Shown here: in pieces, positions 9,076-10,526 of the stretch
How positions within the stretch are numbered: the stretch's first letter is position 1
How the letters are laid out: every line of letters starts with the position of its first letter
DNA from: Octopus sinensis
Taxonomy: Eukaryota
NCBI RefSeq assembly: GCF_006345805.1
Contig: NW_021827370.1
Span: 1 to 10,526 of the forward strand
Direction of reading: 5' to 3'
Length of the DNA stretch: 10,526 bases
Made by a program: the position numbers and the translations under genes
Notes under the pieces: model-generated
Seen by the model: only the letters and a program-made list of their open reading frames with translations
What the model was told of the DNA's origin: nothing
Database searches by the model: none

Positions 9076-9151
9076 GAACAATAATAATAATAATAATAAC
9101 AACATCGAAAAATACCTTAGGAATGAGAACCCAGGTTCGAAATTTCCCCAA

Positions 9152-9197
9152 GACACCTGAAGAAGGCTGGAGGGTATATCAGCCGAAACGTAGTGTT
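9152..9197 (+). ncRNA. Minimal type-I hammerhead ribozyme (Penelope-like-element style)
   Basis: Stem I GACAC (9152-9156) / GTGTT (9193-9197); core CTGAAGA (9157-9163) plus an extra A; stem II GGCTG (9165-9169) / CAGCC (9180-9184); GAAAC (9185-9189); GTA triplet (9190-9192). Stem III is reduced to the palindrome ACGT. Predicted cleavage is after A9192. Activity is untested. Confidence 0.75.
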
Positions 9198-9276
9198 AAC
9201 AACAAACAAGATGAGGACAAATATCCGTCGAATGTAAATAATGTACATAATTCTTCATGTCTTAAATATAGAACTG

Positions 9277-9288
9277 TATTCCCATGGC
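9277..9288 (+). repeat. Right target-site duplication TATTCCCATGGC
   Basis: Identical 12-mer at 8891-8902. Confidence 0.9.
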
Positions 9289-9715
9289 TTAGAATTATAC
9301 GCATTGTCCCAGCCAATTACATTCGAGGTTGCGCCTTTATAATATCTAAGCGGTGGCTTTGGCTATGCGAGTAGTTTGAAAATACATCACCAAGCGACGA
9401 CTGTATCCTGCAGAGTTACAATCTGCCCTTCGGCAAGACATCGTACCTGTTCAGCTGCTCTTCCTGAGGTTTGGCGAAGTCATGGGACTGCTGCATGGCG
9501 GACTGTAAAAAGGATGCGGAGGAGCTCAACTGATGCTGAGCGAAGGAATCCTAGAAGATCTCCGGTCAGGATCACCAAGCTCTACCAAGGAGAGTAACTG
9601 CAGCGCATCCACAAGGCTGATATCCACGGTTGTGTAATCAGTTAATGAAAGATTCATTATGATTCAAGTTCCCGATTCAGGTTCATAATAATGGAATTGG
9701 ATGGAATTGAGCGAG

Positions 9716-9716
9716 C

Positions 9717-9810
<94 letters not shown>
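9716..9810. repeat. (CT)n microsatellite
   Basis: Read directly. It abuts the truncation point of the mariner relic. Confidence 0.95.
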
Positions 9811-9812
<2 letters not shown>

Positions 9813-10317
9813 ACCACTGAGATGCAGCTATGTTTGAAGCTGTTTTACCACTCCTTGATTTGAGTTTTGTCTATGACATCATTACCAGAGGCCTGCTGAG
9901 TCTTCTGGATGGCCTGAGCTTGATTATCACCAAGCTTTTGGCAAAACGTAGTGCAATATCTCTCTTAGATGCGTGAAAACGAAAGTCAGATTCTAGGCGT
10001 AATAACCGGAACGTCTGGATCTAGGCGTAACAACCGGAACGTCTGGATTCTAGAAATAACAACCGGAAGGTCTGGACTCTAGGCGTAACAACCGGAACGC
10101 TTGGATTCTAGGTGTAACAACCGGAACGTGTAGATTCTAGGTGTAACGTCTGGACTCTAGGCATAACAACCGGAAACTGACGCTGCCCGCAGGCACGAAA
10201 ATGTTCACACCAGCGCAGGGAGACTGGAGTCACGTTCCAGCCAGAAGATTTTTGCCCATGAATCATTAGTTTGGTGGAGACAAGATTAAATTGGATGTTT
10301 TTTTAAAGCACCTTGTA
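9811..10317 (-). mobile_element. Second mariner relic: left TIR, leader and decayed transposase N-terminus
   Basis: Minus strand 9961-9812 translates as RYCTTFCQKLGDNQAQAIQKTQQASGNDVIDKTQIKEW*NSFKHSCISVV (mariner first HTH, with a premature stop). The TIR-like end is TA-CAAGGTGCTTTAAAAAAACATCCAA at 10317-10291. It shares CAAGCTTTTGGCAAAA with the relic near 1100. Confidence 0.85.
9989..10179. repeat. 29-bp minisatellite, about 6.5 units (GATTCTAGGCGTAACAACCGGAACGTCTG)
   Basis: Units start at 9989, 10018, 10046, 10075, 10104, 10133 (20-nt deleted unit) and 10153. They are contiguous, with no unique spacers. Confidence 0.95.
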
Positions 10318-10526
10318 TACAGCGTTTGCAACATACCAACATGGAATGGTCCTGATTAATACCAAAATTTGATGATCGTATTTAAGGCTGCAACGCGTAG
10401 AGCCAAAGGAAACATAGTAGAATATATGTACAGGGGAAGCAACTCGAATTCTCCACGTGAACATGCTGTTTTTAAAGATCTCAGAAGACTGTATGCTAAT
10501 AAAATGCATGTATCTCCTTCATGAAC

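Larger units (their letters stand above)
8903..9276 (+). mobile_element. Composite retroposon insertion: inverted, internally deleted copy (8904-8999, -) plus full tRNA-head/hammerhead-tail element (9002-9276, +)
   Basis: Perfect 12-bp TSD. 8982-8999 is the reverse complement of 9002-9019 (18/18). 8904-8983 is the reverse complement of 9172-9251 (77/80). A and B boxes and the hammerhead core are listed separately. Confidence 0.85.

Noticed and set aside
9989-10179. CRISPR-like array of 29-bp repeats
   Set aside because: The units are contiguous with no unique spacers, there are no cas genes, and the context is eukaryotic and inside a mariner relic.

Overview
AT-rich, extremely microsatellite-dense animal genomic DNA that looks intronic or intergenic. 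The repeat content suggests a coleoid cephalopod (Octopus-like), which is an inference. None of the supplied ORFs looks like a real gene: most are translated microsatellites, and one (920..1168, -) includes a transposase relic. Supported content: two decayed mariner transposon relics (827-1338, internally inverted; 9811-10317, with a 29-bp minisatellite in its 5' leader), several tRNA-derived SINE copies, a 125-bp-arm foldback element (5615-5880), and a tentative pair of small + strand exons around a 107-nt GT-AG intron (2744-2794 and 2902 onward). The most notable object is a 374-bp insertion (8903-9276) flanked by a perfect 12-bp target-site duplication. It joins a Pol III tRNA-like head, an (AAT)n linker and a minimal type-I hammerhead ribozyme of the kind found in Penelope-like elements, and it is preceded head-to-head by an internally deleted inverted copy of itself. 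A second, unrelated repeat family (613-755 and 4360-4489) carries a hammerhead-like motif with a variant core. All assignments were made by eye; no database search was run.
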